This document shows, piece by piece, positions 23,974-35,624 of a stretch of 64,000 nucleotides of DNA. Below the pieces are notes generated by a model, which made no database searches, was not told the DNA's origin, and worked only from the letters and a program-made list of their open reading frames with translations. This DNA comes from Vitrella brassicaformis CCMP3155 (lineage: Eukaryota; Protista; Chromerida), in contig CDMY01000488.1 in NCBI GenBank assembly GCA_001179505.1, positions 1 through 64,000 on the forward strand. Reading direction: 5' to 3'. How positions within the stretch are numbered: the first letter of the stretch is position 1; every line of letters begins with the position of its first letter. The position numbers and the translations under genes were made by a program.

Positions 23974-26171
23974 ATGAGTCAAGCTGACTTGGTGCCTGCA
24001 CGCGGTGCTCCGGCTTCCCCCTTTGCAGCCCCATATGCTCCCTCTCTCCCGCCGCCAGCACCAGCATCGGGCATTCATCGTGGCGGAGCAGCTGATGCGG
24101 CGGCCATTGTTGATCAGCCTCTCTCTCTGGGTCCTTTCCAAGGCGGCATGATGGGCCACTATGGGCAGTCATCGCCACCCACACCCGGCTGTCCTCCGCT
24201 ATCGGTGTCGGCCACGCGAGTAGGTGTGAGCGGCCCTGTTGGGGTATGCTGTCCTGCAACCCAAATCCCCCTGCGGCCTCCCAGCCTCCCGGCCCTTTGT
24301 TATTCTGCTGGCGTCCGTGGCTATGGCGTCGCACCACAGTACCCATCGATGCCGCTGACGACCAGCGCCACCGCACACCGACGGGCGATGGACGCGGTGG
24401 TGTCGCCTTGGCCTTCACCTGGCGGCGGGATAGCAGGCTACCGCCCGACTGCCATCGTCAGTCGCCCCGCAACCGTCCCCATGCGGCCGATATCGGAGCA
24501 TCAAAGCGGTGTCAAAGGCGTCAGCTTCAGCAGCTCCAAAAACTCATGGCAGGCCAGCTGGTGTGAAAGCGGCATGGAAAAGAAAAAGAAGTTCTCGGTG
24601 AGGAGGCATGGCTATGAGGGCGCCAAGAAGGCCGCCATCGCACACAGGCGGGAGATGGAGCGATTGCACTACTACTACAAGCAGCGTGGCAGGCTTTTGC
24701 CGATCCCTCCTGCCGAGCCCCATCGTCAGGCCGCTGTGGATGACCACAGCGGCCCCCAAAAGGAGACCGACACAAGAGACGGCGGCGCGGGGCCTCATGA
24801 GACCAGGGCTGATGGGCAGCCAGCCGCCACGTCGGCCGCTGACATGGATGGCAGCAGCAGGGTGGAGGAGGACATCATGCTGACGAAGCTGCTGGAGAAT
24901 GTGCGTGCGACTGATCCTCAGAGTGGCGGTCGGTATGAGATCGCCACTCTGACGGTGGCCGGCCGGCAGACAAAGGCAATCCGGTGGCGGCCGTCGGGTT
25001 AGAGGAGAGAACACAGGGCAAGGAAGGGCATGATTGATCTGCCTGTGTGTCTGCCGATCAGATGTGTGTGTAGCGTCTGGCCGGCGTGATGTCCACGACC
25101 AGGGTAATGGACAGCGAGTTGGCTCAGCCGGGATGCACCACTTCACCCATCGTCTCGACTGTCCGCCTGTGTGCCCTTCAGGATTGGCTGATCCTCCGAA
25201 GCGCCATCTGCCAAGCAGCCCCCCTGTCACCCCCTGCAATGGCCGAGACCCATCGCCGGACGGCAGCCGCTCTCCGAAGAGGCGGCGAACAGAGCCACCA
25301 CAGCACGACTCGCATCATGAAGGACGATCAATGGGCGAGACGACCAAGACGGTCGTCACCAGGCGTGTTCCGACGCTCACCTCGGACGTACCAGGGGTCT
25401 GTTGGCATGCAGTGAGGCGATCGTGGGCAGCAACATGGGTCGAGAAGGGCGAGAAGAGGCAGAGACAGCGATTGTTCAGCGCTCGTAGCTATGGATTCGA
25501 CAAGGCCAAGGTGCGCATGACGGCGCCTATCGCCCCAATCCCCCCCACCATCTGGGTGTCCCGTGTGTGTGTGTGTTGTCCACTCAGGCGTTGGCCGAGC
25601 AGCACCGCCGTGAAATGGAGCGTACCGGACGGGTGGTGGCGAGAAAGCGATTAGAGCACCAGAGCGGCGTCAAGGGGGTGAAGTACGGCGGCGACTTCTG
25701 CAACTCATGGATTGCTCAGTGGCAGGTGGACGGCAAGACGAAGATCAAATCGTTCTCTGTGCGTGAGTTGGGTATGGAGGGCGCCAAGCAGGCCGCCATA
25801 GCACACAGGCGGGAGATGGAGCGACAGCATTGCACATTCAAAGACAGGGGACAGGCCGGTAGGCGACAAAGAACAGCCGTCCATCGTGATCCATCCTTAT
25901 GCCTGTCTGTCTGTCTGTCTCGGTGCGTGTGTCCCTGTTGCCGTCAGCAGGTCTCTGCTCGCCCCGTGACGACCAAGCGACTTCACCATCCCGCAATGCT
26001 CTAGCTGAGTCATCCACAGTATCGCCAGCCGACCTCAGTTTCCCTTTTTGCGCTGTGTTGATGGCGAAGGCCGTGACGGCTCCCCAGACCACCGGCCCCC
26101 TCCCCAGCACCAGCACGACTCAGACGGCTGCAGCCTCGCCGCTGATTGACACATTTGGCCTGGGGCACTGA
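23974..26171 (+). CDS. ApiAP2 transcription factor with 3 AP2 domains
   Basis: AP2 motifs at about 24490-24670, 25380-25615 and 25650-25825. The C-terminus ...LIDTFGLGH* is the same as in the 12874-15424 paralogue. Confidence 0.85.
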
Positions 26172-26869
26172 CTGACCGGTGTGGCCACTGAGGGATGGAG
26201 GGAGGGAGGGAGGGAGGGGGACATTCATGCGATGACATGCGGCCGCAGCCAGGTGAGCACGACAAAGCGCACGATGGACACCTGCACAACAGGAGTGATG
26301 TGTGTGTGTGCGTGTGTGTGTCAGGATTAAAGTACTATGTCGAGATGAGTTGGCGACACACGGCTTCTGTGGCGAGGGGCTGTTCCTACTCGAGACTTGA
26401 CGAGAGCGACAGCACGGCTTCGAAGGCGATCGTGGTCCCTTTATGAGAGGGTTGGCCACTGGGCCTCCCTGTGTGGTCGCGACGACGACACACAGACGAC
26501 CAGCCCAATTGGACCAGCTGTGGTGTGGTGACGCCCCCACCACCAAATTTTCCGACGTGTCTCTGCGTTATGATGACGGACCGATGCGTGATTGACCAGG
26601 ATATATCAATGCATTCGTTGCGTTGGTATTGGCTCTTTCACTTCATCGTGTCTCGATGTCCCAACGCATACGTACGTCTGCCTTCGCGGCTGTCTCTCAT
26701 TTGTACAAATGCTTCTCTACGTGGCAAATCAAGAGGGTGGCCCGACGGGCGCCTCTGACGACGCGCTCTCTGATGCGCCAGCACCACTGCTGCTCGCCTC
26801 GGTGGATGGCTGCTGAGCCTCCTCCGTCGCGCCACCCGTCACCTCCCTCGATGCCATCTTGACATCGGC

Positions 26870-27169
26870 NNNNNNNNNNNNNNNNNNNNNNNNNNNNNNN
26901 NNNNNNNNNNNNNNNNNNNNNNNNNNNNNNNNNNNNNNNNNNNNNNNNNNNNNNNNNNNNNNNNNNNNNNNNNNNNNNNNNNNNNNNNNNNNNNNNNNNN
27001 NNNNNNNNNNNNNNNNNNNNNNNNNNNNNNNNNNNNNNNNNNNNNNNNNNNNNNNNNNNNNNNNNNNNNNNNNNNNNNNNNNNNNNNNNNNNNNNNNNNN
27101 NNNNNNNNNNNNNNNNNNNNNNNNNNNNNNNNNNNNNNNNNNNNNNNNNNNNNNNNNNNNNNNNNNNNN
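26870..27169. other. Assembly gap (300 N)
   Basis: Run of N. Confidence 1.
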
Positions 27170-28974
27170 AGCAACCGCTAGTTGTACAGGGTGTGCGTAC
27201 TTAACGCCCGTACACAGTATACAGTGCTGAGAGCAAGGCCATTTTCGAAGCTCCGGCTCTCACATACCTTCCCTTCGAGTTTCTCTTGTGTTTGTCTTCG
27301 TCGATTTTCCTTTCTTTCCCTCCCCCCCCCCGTCGACTTGTGCTCTGACGGACAAAGAGACTCGTTCCCCCGTGTCGGGTTGAAGTGCTGAGTGTGTTGT
27401 CTTCGGCGTGTGATTGCTTGGAGACTCCCTCCGCAGAGCTGCCCCTTGCTGCCTCATTCCCTTCGAGTCGTTTGCTTTGCTTGTGCTTCGGCGCCTGGCG
27501 GACGACGACAAGGAGCCCAGGTATGACATAGACAGATTGTGCTTGTGTGGTGTGGTGTGTCTGTGTCAGCGCGGAGACGTGTGCGAAATGCTGCCTGGGG
27601 TAGATGGATGTCGTCTGAGGGGGAGGCGGACCTCACGGATCCGGGACTTGCCTGAGTCTTACCGTTGATACGGGTTCCTTCGGGGACGCCGTCGGTGGCT
27701 TCGTAAGTGCAAGGGTACGCCCGTGGGAAGAAGAGTCGCCTCGCAGAAGGCAATCCTTCGAAAGGGCCGTGAGGATCTCTGTTGAGTGGAGCTTTTCGTT
27801 GCGTCCCGCTCGCTCTGTGGTCGTTTGGTGCGGAGTGCCCGAGAGTCGAGGTTGGGTTGGAGCCGGTCGAGGCTGGCCGATGGCGAGGAGGAACTCGGAT
27901 TGGGGCCTTGACACCTCGTGAGGGTGGCTCTTCATGGCCGATCAAGAGATGAGCGTGGAGTGGCGCGGATTGCTCTAGTGGAGGGAGCGCCTCTGAGCCG
28001 TGGTCTGGTCTGCTGTTGTAATGAAGTGATGCGCAGAAGGGCGCTTGGTCGGCAGCCTTGAGGATCTTGGCTAGCCCGCCATGTCGTCGCGCTGGGACTG
28101 ATGCCGCCTGCATCTATTCGCAACGTTCCTGCAACGCTCTCGGGTGGCCTGACGAGAATGAGACGCGTCTCCTCTCAGCCCAGCTCGATTCGTTGGCTTC
28201 ATATCCACGCATTGGCGCGGCTCTCTCGGTGTCTCACTTTCTAGCTGAGACTCAGCCCTTCTCCTTGCGTACGGAATGGGTGATCATGGATATTTCTATG
28301 ACGGCAGCGTATGTACGCTCTCATAGTTCACCGACGGAGGGACAAGCACCGACACATCGATCAAAGATGACGATGATTGTTTGGTTGCTGCGTGGATGGA
28401 CAAATTCCCCGTGTCTCGGGTGATATTGATTCACTCACATATGTCTCATTCGGTCCATGTCTCACACTCACCGACGCATCCGTCTACCCCTGGCGGATGG
28501 TACACGTCTGGTGCTCATCGTGGTGATATCGATTTGTGACACAGCCGCCCCAACCGACCGACACTGTCAGACAGAAATGCCATAGAGGAGAGGGCAGTCG
28601 ATATGCGAGGGGACTGGATGTGCTGTGCACAAATCTGTCGTGACCAGCTAGTGTGTGAAAGACTCACCGGTTCACTGTCGGGGCGGTGTACATGAAGCGT
28701 ATTTGCGTGCATTGCCGTGTCAGCCCTGTAAATGTGTGAATTGATGACGACGCTGTTCTAGGTAGGAGTCCCGTGAAGGTTCTCCCCCACACACACGCAG
28801 AGAGAAAAGCCATGGGCCTCCACTCGCACACCCCATTCCACAAGATCTTCGGAGACACGCAGCGGGGAGGCTTGCGAGCTAAGCTGTCGGGCGAGAGTGA
28901 TTTTGCGTGCCACGGTGGTCTTAGCGTTTCGGAACAGCGAAACGTCCACGTCTACCGCCGTGGGGCTGTCCTGT

Positions 28975-30852
28975 ATGAGATCATCTCACCGTCTCGCTCA
29001 GATCTTCGTTGTCTGACTTCGCTTCGTCTTGCTGTCGACACCAACAGCGCATTCCTACCCTCATCCTCTTGGCTGTCGCGCAGGCTTCGTCAGCACCAAG
29101 GCTTCCCCTCACCGAAGCAGGGAGTGTCGCGCGTGAGGCCTCACCTCAGATCTGGTCTGGCAATGAGGCAGCTCACCAAGGAGGAGGCGTGGACGGCCGT
29201 TGGCGACGCTGTGAGGTATCTGAAGGAGCATGAGAGCCCCAAGCCATTCATCTCGGGCACCCTGGACCTGCTGCCGTCCATCCACGGGCCCTCATGGACG
29301 CTCGAACCCGACTGCGTCACGATCACAGACGCCCCCTTCTCGGTAAGCATGATAGGTAGAAAACACAGCGTCTCGTGCCACGTGCTGATGACTCCGTCTG
29401 TGTGTTTCCTTGCACGCAGACGTGTGCACTGAAGGCGCTGTACGAAGGCCATTTATCTCAGTCTCCCGTCGGCAAGGGCATGACACGGTCATGGACCTCG
29501 AGGCACGCAAGTCACGAGAGGTGGCGGGAGGACTCGTCGCGCTGAAGAGCCAAGCTGGCAACTGGACCAGGGTGATCGAGGGCATCTGCCGACAAGTGGA
29601 GGAAGAGATGTCGGGGCCCACCAGCCGTGTGCAGGCCGATTGGTACAAGATGCTGCTCTACAGCGAAGGCGACTTCTTTGAGGTGCACAAGGACACGCAG
29701 CGCTCGAACGACCACTTTGCCTCTCTGCTGGTCTTCCTGCCCACCGAGTATACTGGAGGCGACTTCTTGCTGCACGATGATGGAGAGTTCGATGGCGAGA
29801 GATTTAACAGGGAGACGCAAGACGCCCTCGGGCACCAGCAAGCTCGATGGATCGCTTTCTACTCAGACATTGTCCACAGCGTCAAGCCTGTTCTGTCGGG
29901 ATATCGCCTCGCGCTCGCCTACAACTTGCGCCGTCACGAGACCGGGGAGAGGTTCAAGAAGGACGGCCCGTTGGCGCCCCCATTGCAGCGGCTGGTGGAT
30001 GGCATGAAGGAGCACTTCAACTCTCCCCAGGTATGTCGACTGACCACCGATCGTCCGTCCATTGCTCGTTGCTCATTGCTCGTTGCTCATTGCTGTTTGT
30101 GCATGTGTCTCTCTTCTGTTCAGGCCAACGAGTCGTAGGTGTTTCAGCTATCGCACGAGTACACTCTCTCGAGTATGACGCCAGCTCACCTCAAAGGCAT
30201 CGACAGCGCCCTCTACCAGCTGCTTTCTCAGCATTTCGACTGCGACATCCGTCTATTGTGCGCGTACCAGTGGTTCGACGACGACCCCAAAATCAACCTC
30301 GTCGATGAGAAATATGCAGAGGAGATGAAAAAGATTGCAGCATTTTACGAAACGGAACCAGGCCGCAAGTGGCTCGGCTGGCGGGATAAGCCGAAGGAGG
30401 AGAGGGCAAAGGACCGAGAAGAGAAGAAGCGCATGGAGAGCGAGCTGGCTGAGAACTTGCCGGCTATCTCCCGTGACGTCACGGGAGGGGGAGGTGATGA
30501 ACTCGAGGCACTGGGGCGTTTGCTGCTTGACCCTCGCTCAGTGGAGAAGTGGGACACAGCGATATCGGAGTGTTCGTTTGACGACGTCTACACGCCGCTG
30601 AATCTCATGAACTGCCTGAACGAGAGCCGTGACGAAAGCCATGTGTTTCAGCTACGCCCTGCAGGGGAATGCAGGATTCCTGGCACTCGTTCGGCACTCG
30701 GCTACAACCTAGTAACCAGACGGCCAATCACCAAATACGCAGGGAACGAGGGCATTGCTAATTTTGAGTTCCAGTACATCACAGTGGCACTTGTTGCCAA
30801 GGGAGTCGTTGACGCTGGCATGCAAGAGGCGAAGAGGCGTAGGCGGGATTGA
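28975..30852 (+). CDS. 2OG-Fe(II) oxygenase (prolyl-hydroxylase-like), copy 1; leader frameshifted, TAG at 30136
   Basis: YKMLLYSEGDFFEVHKD...SLLVFLPTEYTGGDF...AFYSDIVHSVKPVLSGYRLALAYNL gives the HxD...H...R facial triad and 2OG-binding Arg, all intact. ATG 28975 runs into TGA 29014; the next ATG is 29163. Confidence 0.8.
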
Positions 30853-31724
30853 TTGGAGGGGGGGTGCAGGGGAGTGACAGATGCAGATTGGAACGTGACT
30901 TGATGTCATCGGTCGTGCGTGAATGGCACCAGCTGCGAACGCACAGCCGACTTGTGTACTTATGTGTATTGATTGATACATGGGTTTCGATTCATTCACA
31001 TCAGGCGCAGCGTCTTGCTACCTGTCTCATGGCCCCCATGCACAGACATTCATCCCACGGTACGCACATGCAGAGAGGAGAGGAGGGCCTCGATATGTTC
31101 TCAACACATGCACGCACCCTCTCATAGTAACACATACACTTCCAGGCGGTCGGCATGGCAGTGACTGCTGTGAGTAATTCTGCCTCGCATCATGTCATAT
31201 CATAACACGAAACGTCGTCAAAACGGCCGTGGCCGTGTGTCGGTCGATCTGTCCCCACGCCGACAGCCCCATCAACACCAAAAGACAAAACATGTATGGG
31301 AAAACTTCGGTACGTGTGTACATCCTTTCTACACGTGTAAGAGGAGAGAAGGCCCAGCCACGATGGCTACCGATTGAAACGGGACAGAGATAAAGAGGGA
31401 GAGAGAGAGAGAGAGAGATGGAGGGACGGAGGGCGGCCTAGCGCTAGCATCGTGTGTGCATCAGGCACTTGATACAGGCATCGGTTCTCCGACAGCCTGC
31501 CTCACGACACACTACAATACAATACACGCCACACGGCTGTCCAACCTCGTCCAAAAAAGAAGAAAGGGAGTCCCGTCCCGTCCCGTCTCGTCTCATTCAT
31601 CCCATCCACCAAGGCGAAGACAAACAAGACGAATCGTGTGTCAGTAGAGGAGTAGAGGGATCCATCCCCTCACTTCAACTCCTCATCTCCCTCCAGCCCG
31701 CTGTCTGTCTGTCCGTTCTATGAG

Positions 31725-32950
31725 TCAGTCACCGAAAGCGAACTGCATGCCGGGAAGGACCAGTTGAAGATTTGTGTGCATGTAATCGTCGTTCATCGGA
31801 AGGTCGGTCGACAGGCGGAGAGCACTGCGGGGCGATGACTTTGTCCCCACACCGTCCACAGACAATGTCACGCCATACCTGCATCCACACACACAGACGG
31901 ATGGGCCTGCACCCACTGTTTCGAGATCATTTGCCGCACTGGCTCGCTCACCTTGTGTTGTTGGTGCTGTTGCCGGGCGTCTTGGGAGGCAGTATTTTCA
32001 GTCACTTGTGCGGACGGATCAGTCGCAAAATGGGATGTCAGACCCCACCGGGCGGATGTTCTGACCCGCACTCACATCGCCTGGCCATTCACAGAGGCGT
32101 ACACAGGGCACGCAGTCAGTCCACAGACACAGAAATGAGTGCCCTCCCTCTGCTCACTCACAGGTCAGGATGGTCACCGTCTGCTTGTCCACATTGCACT
32201 GCTCCACAGGCACCTGAGCGAGTGATTGACACCCATACACACGTGGAGGATGGGCAACATGGGGTCTTTCCGCTGCACTCACCATAGCACTTGCACCGTC
32301 TGGCACTTTCGCGCCTGTCGTGATGTAAGATGCCTCGCCTGCACAACACGGACAGACACAGGGAGGTATGGGCCATCTCGCGCTGCCCTCGCAGACACAC
32401 CTCTCTCTCACCGGGCTTGAGCGTAACGATCCCCTCGGCGCCGGCAAAGCTCTCGCTGACGATGGAATACGCTGCTGACACAAACCAAGGATCAGACGAC
32501 CAAGTCGTTTGACAGTGCTGAAGGCGGCCAGCCCTTTGCCTACCTGATCCACTCCCTCCCAAGTGAAGTGCATAGCCGTCCTGATGGATGGATGGATTGA
32601 CCAACCAACACAGACAGACACCATCACACATAGCAGCTCACGTCGTTCGCTGAGTGACACGTGCTGGCTCACCACGATGGATGCAGGGAATGCGGGATGG
32701 GGAAACGGAGCCGTCACGTCCTCCGCCTGTCACACACAAGCAGAAGGACCCTTGCACACACTGCAAAGCGTGATCTCCATCTCCGTCTGTGATCTTCCTT
32801 TCTGACCAGGGTGCGTCCGAACGCCGACTGGATGGCCACAGTGTCAGTCGTGGCGGGGCCTCTCTTCTTGACTGCCTCCATCACGTGCTGCAGCCCTTCA
32901 GCCACTGACAGCATCGGATAAGAGGACTTCTCGGAGCCGCCATCGCGAGA
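31725..32950 (-). pseudogene. Degenerate paralogue of the 35625-37211 hypothetical gene
   Basis: The last two exons and their intron (31725-32010) align with 35625-35930 and include an indel. The upstream part is much more diverged. Confidence 0.4.
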
Positions 32951-33116
32951 TCTGATATCGATATGCGCTGCCTCACGCGATATCGCCCAGAAGTTCCCTC
33001 TCCTGTTGCGAGCTAAGCTTGCGATCGGCGACTCTTTTTCGCCCCGTTCTCCCGGCGAAACGTCCACGTCTATCCCTTCGGATGTCCTGTGGATGAGCTC
33101 ATCTTACCGTCTCGCG

Positions 33117-34947
33117 ATGATGAGTCAGATCTTCGTTGTCCTCACCCTGGCTTCGCTTTGTCCCGTCGTCGACGTCAATGGTGCGTTCATCCCCTCGTCC
33201 TCTTGGCTGTCGCGCAAGCTTCGTCAGCACCAAGGCTTCCCCTCACCGAAGCAGGGAGTGTCGCGCGTGAGGCCTCACCTCAGATCTGGTCTGGCAATGA
33301 GGCAGCTCACAAAGGAGGATTCTCGGCGTGGACGGCCGTTGGCGACGCTGTGAGGTACCTGAAAGAGCACGAGAGCCCCAAGCCATTCATCTCGGGCACC
33401 CTGGACCTGCTGCCGTCCATCCACGGGCCCTCATGGACGCTCGAACCCGACTGCATCACGATCACAGACGCCCCCTTCTCCGTAAGCATGATGGGCAGAG
33501 CACACAGCAGATATCTCGTGTGCATTCCTGCCTGTCTGTGTGTGTTCTTGCATGCAGACGTCTGCACTGAAAGCGTTGTACGAAGAGCATTTATCTCAGT
33601 CTCCTGTGGGCAAGGGCATGGACACGGTGATGGACTTGGAGGCGCGCAAGTCACGAGAAGTGGCGGGAGGACTCGTGTCGCTCAAAAGCAAGGCTGGTAA
33701 CTGGACCAGGGTGATCGAGGGCATCTGCCGACAAGTGGAAGTGGAGATGTCGCCGACCAGCCGTGTGCAGGCCGATTGGTACAAGATGCTGCTCTACGGC
33801 GAAGGCGACTTCTTTGAGGTGCACAAGGACACACAGCGCTCGAACGACCACTTTGCCTCTCTGCTGGTCTTCCTGCCCACCGAGTATACTGGAGGCGACT
33901 TCTTGCTGCACGATGATGGAGAGTTCGATGGCGAGAGATTCAACAAGGAGACGCAAGACGCCCTCGGGCACCAGCAAGCTCGATGGATCGCTTTCTACTC
34001 CCGACATTGTCCACAGCGTCAAGCCTGTTCTGTCGGGATATCGCCTCGCGCTCGCCTACAACTTGCGCCGTCACGAGACTGGGGAGAGGTTCACGAAGGA
34101 CGGCCCGCTGGCGCCTCCATTGCAGCGGCTGGTGGATGGCATGAAGGAGCACTTCAACTCTCCGCAGGTATAGAGACGGACGGTCGTCATCTGCTCCTTC
34201 TCATGTGTACTCATGTGTAGGGCCTATGCATTGCTCGATGTGTGTCTCTTCTCTTCAGGCCAACCAGTCGTGGGTGTTCCAGCTATCGCACGAGTACACT
34301 CTCTCGAGTATGACGCCAGCTCACCTCAAAGGCGTCGCGCCCTCTACCAGCTGCTCTCTCAGCATTTCGACTGCCACACCACCCTGCTGAGCGCCTACAT
34401 GGACTGGGATGGCGACCCCGAGTTCAGAGTCGTCAACAAGTCCGTGACAAAGGACATGAAGAAGGTTGCTGAATACTATCAAAATCGCGGCGAGGGTGAA
34501 GAGGAGCGACATGAGGAGGAGTTTGCGAAAAATTTGACTCACTACTGGGGGATCGCTGACGGATACCCCAAAGCTGATGTGCCAGAGATAGGGGAGCTGC
34601 TGACGAACCGCTCGATTGTAGACGAGTGGGACATGGAAGGCGAAGGGGGGCCGGGGATCAATCTTTACGAGTTTCTGCAAGACGGAAGAGAGCCAATAGT
34701 GGAAATCGTCGATGAACCTTACCCTTGCCAGAGGGAGACGTGGCCACCAGAGCTACCGCCAGAGACGAGCTTTATCTATCGAGTTGGTCCACCAGGCGAG
34801 CAACGCATTCCCGGCCTTCGCGGCCACCTTGGCTATAACGCTGTGGTCCGAGCACCCTTGACTCGTTATGCAGGAAATGAAGGCGCTGTCGATTGGAGCT
34901 TTCAGTACGTCTCTGTTGTAATGGTGTGCAAGAAGAAATATCAGTGA
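33117..34947 (+). pseudogene. 2OG-Fe(II) oxygenase copy 2, with intact bipartite leader and three frameshifts
   Basis: MMSQIFVVLTLASLCPVVDVNGA-FIPSSSWLSRKLR leader. Relative to copy 1 there is +5 nt (TTCTC 33320-33324), +1 nt (about 34001) and -4 nt (about 34337). Confidence 0.75.
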
Positions 34948-35624
34948 GACAAGAGTGTATACATAGGGGGATGGGGTGGACGAGAGACATTCGGGTTAGC
35001 TGATGATGTGTCTGTCACCAGTAGCTGGGCCATAGGTGTGGAGTGATTTTGGTTTATTTTCGGATGCGGCGGCGTGCATGAGTGAGTGATATGTGGATTC
35101 ATTCGAATCATGCAGGTACATCAAATGGGTCTTGCGCACACACGACATCCCCACCATCTTTCAGTCTGCACGCACATGCGATGGTGACACGCGAGGGAGG
35201 AAAAGACATAGAGAGAGAGGGAAGCGCCCTACGGCACGCACCGCTCAGAAAAACCGATGGCCGAGTGCGACGAGTGTCGTCTGTCTGTTGTTATGGCCGC
35301 ACGCGGCGCGCGCAAGAAGGCTACCTAAGGCACATAAGTGATTCACGGGGAGACTCGTGGCACAGAGTGGCGCAGACAGAGGGGGGGGGAGAGAGAGAGA
35401 GAGAGAGAGAGAGAGGAAGCATGGCACCGCACACGGCAAGTGTATGTACAAAGGCCCTTTATCTCCTACAGCCTCACGCGCCACGTGGCCATTGTGAGGC
35501 CTCGCCCGCCACATCAGTATACTAGAGAGAAGCAAGAAAAGGCAAGACAGTCACTTCGTCGGCCAGCGCAAGTGTGTGTAACGTACCTATCCCTCCCCCT
35601 CTCTCCTTCTGCCTGTCCGGTCTG

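Noticed and set aside
3907-26171. AP2 genes as HNH-AP2 homing endonucleases or transposon cargo
   Set aside because: No HNH, integrase, transposase or tyrosine recombinase motifs and no terminal repeats were seen. The genes have ordinary spliceosomal introns.
27174-27215. Hairpin followed by CTAG on the minus strand as a Helitron 3' end
   Set aside because: The CTAG abuts the hairpin and is followed by C rather than the T expected from an AT target. No Rep/helicase ORF is nearby.
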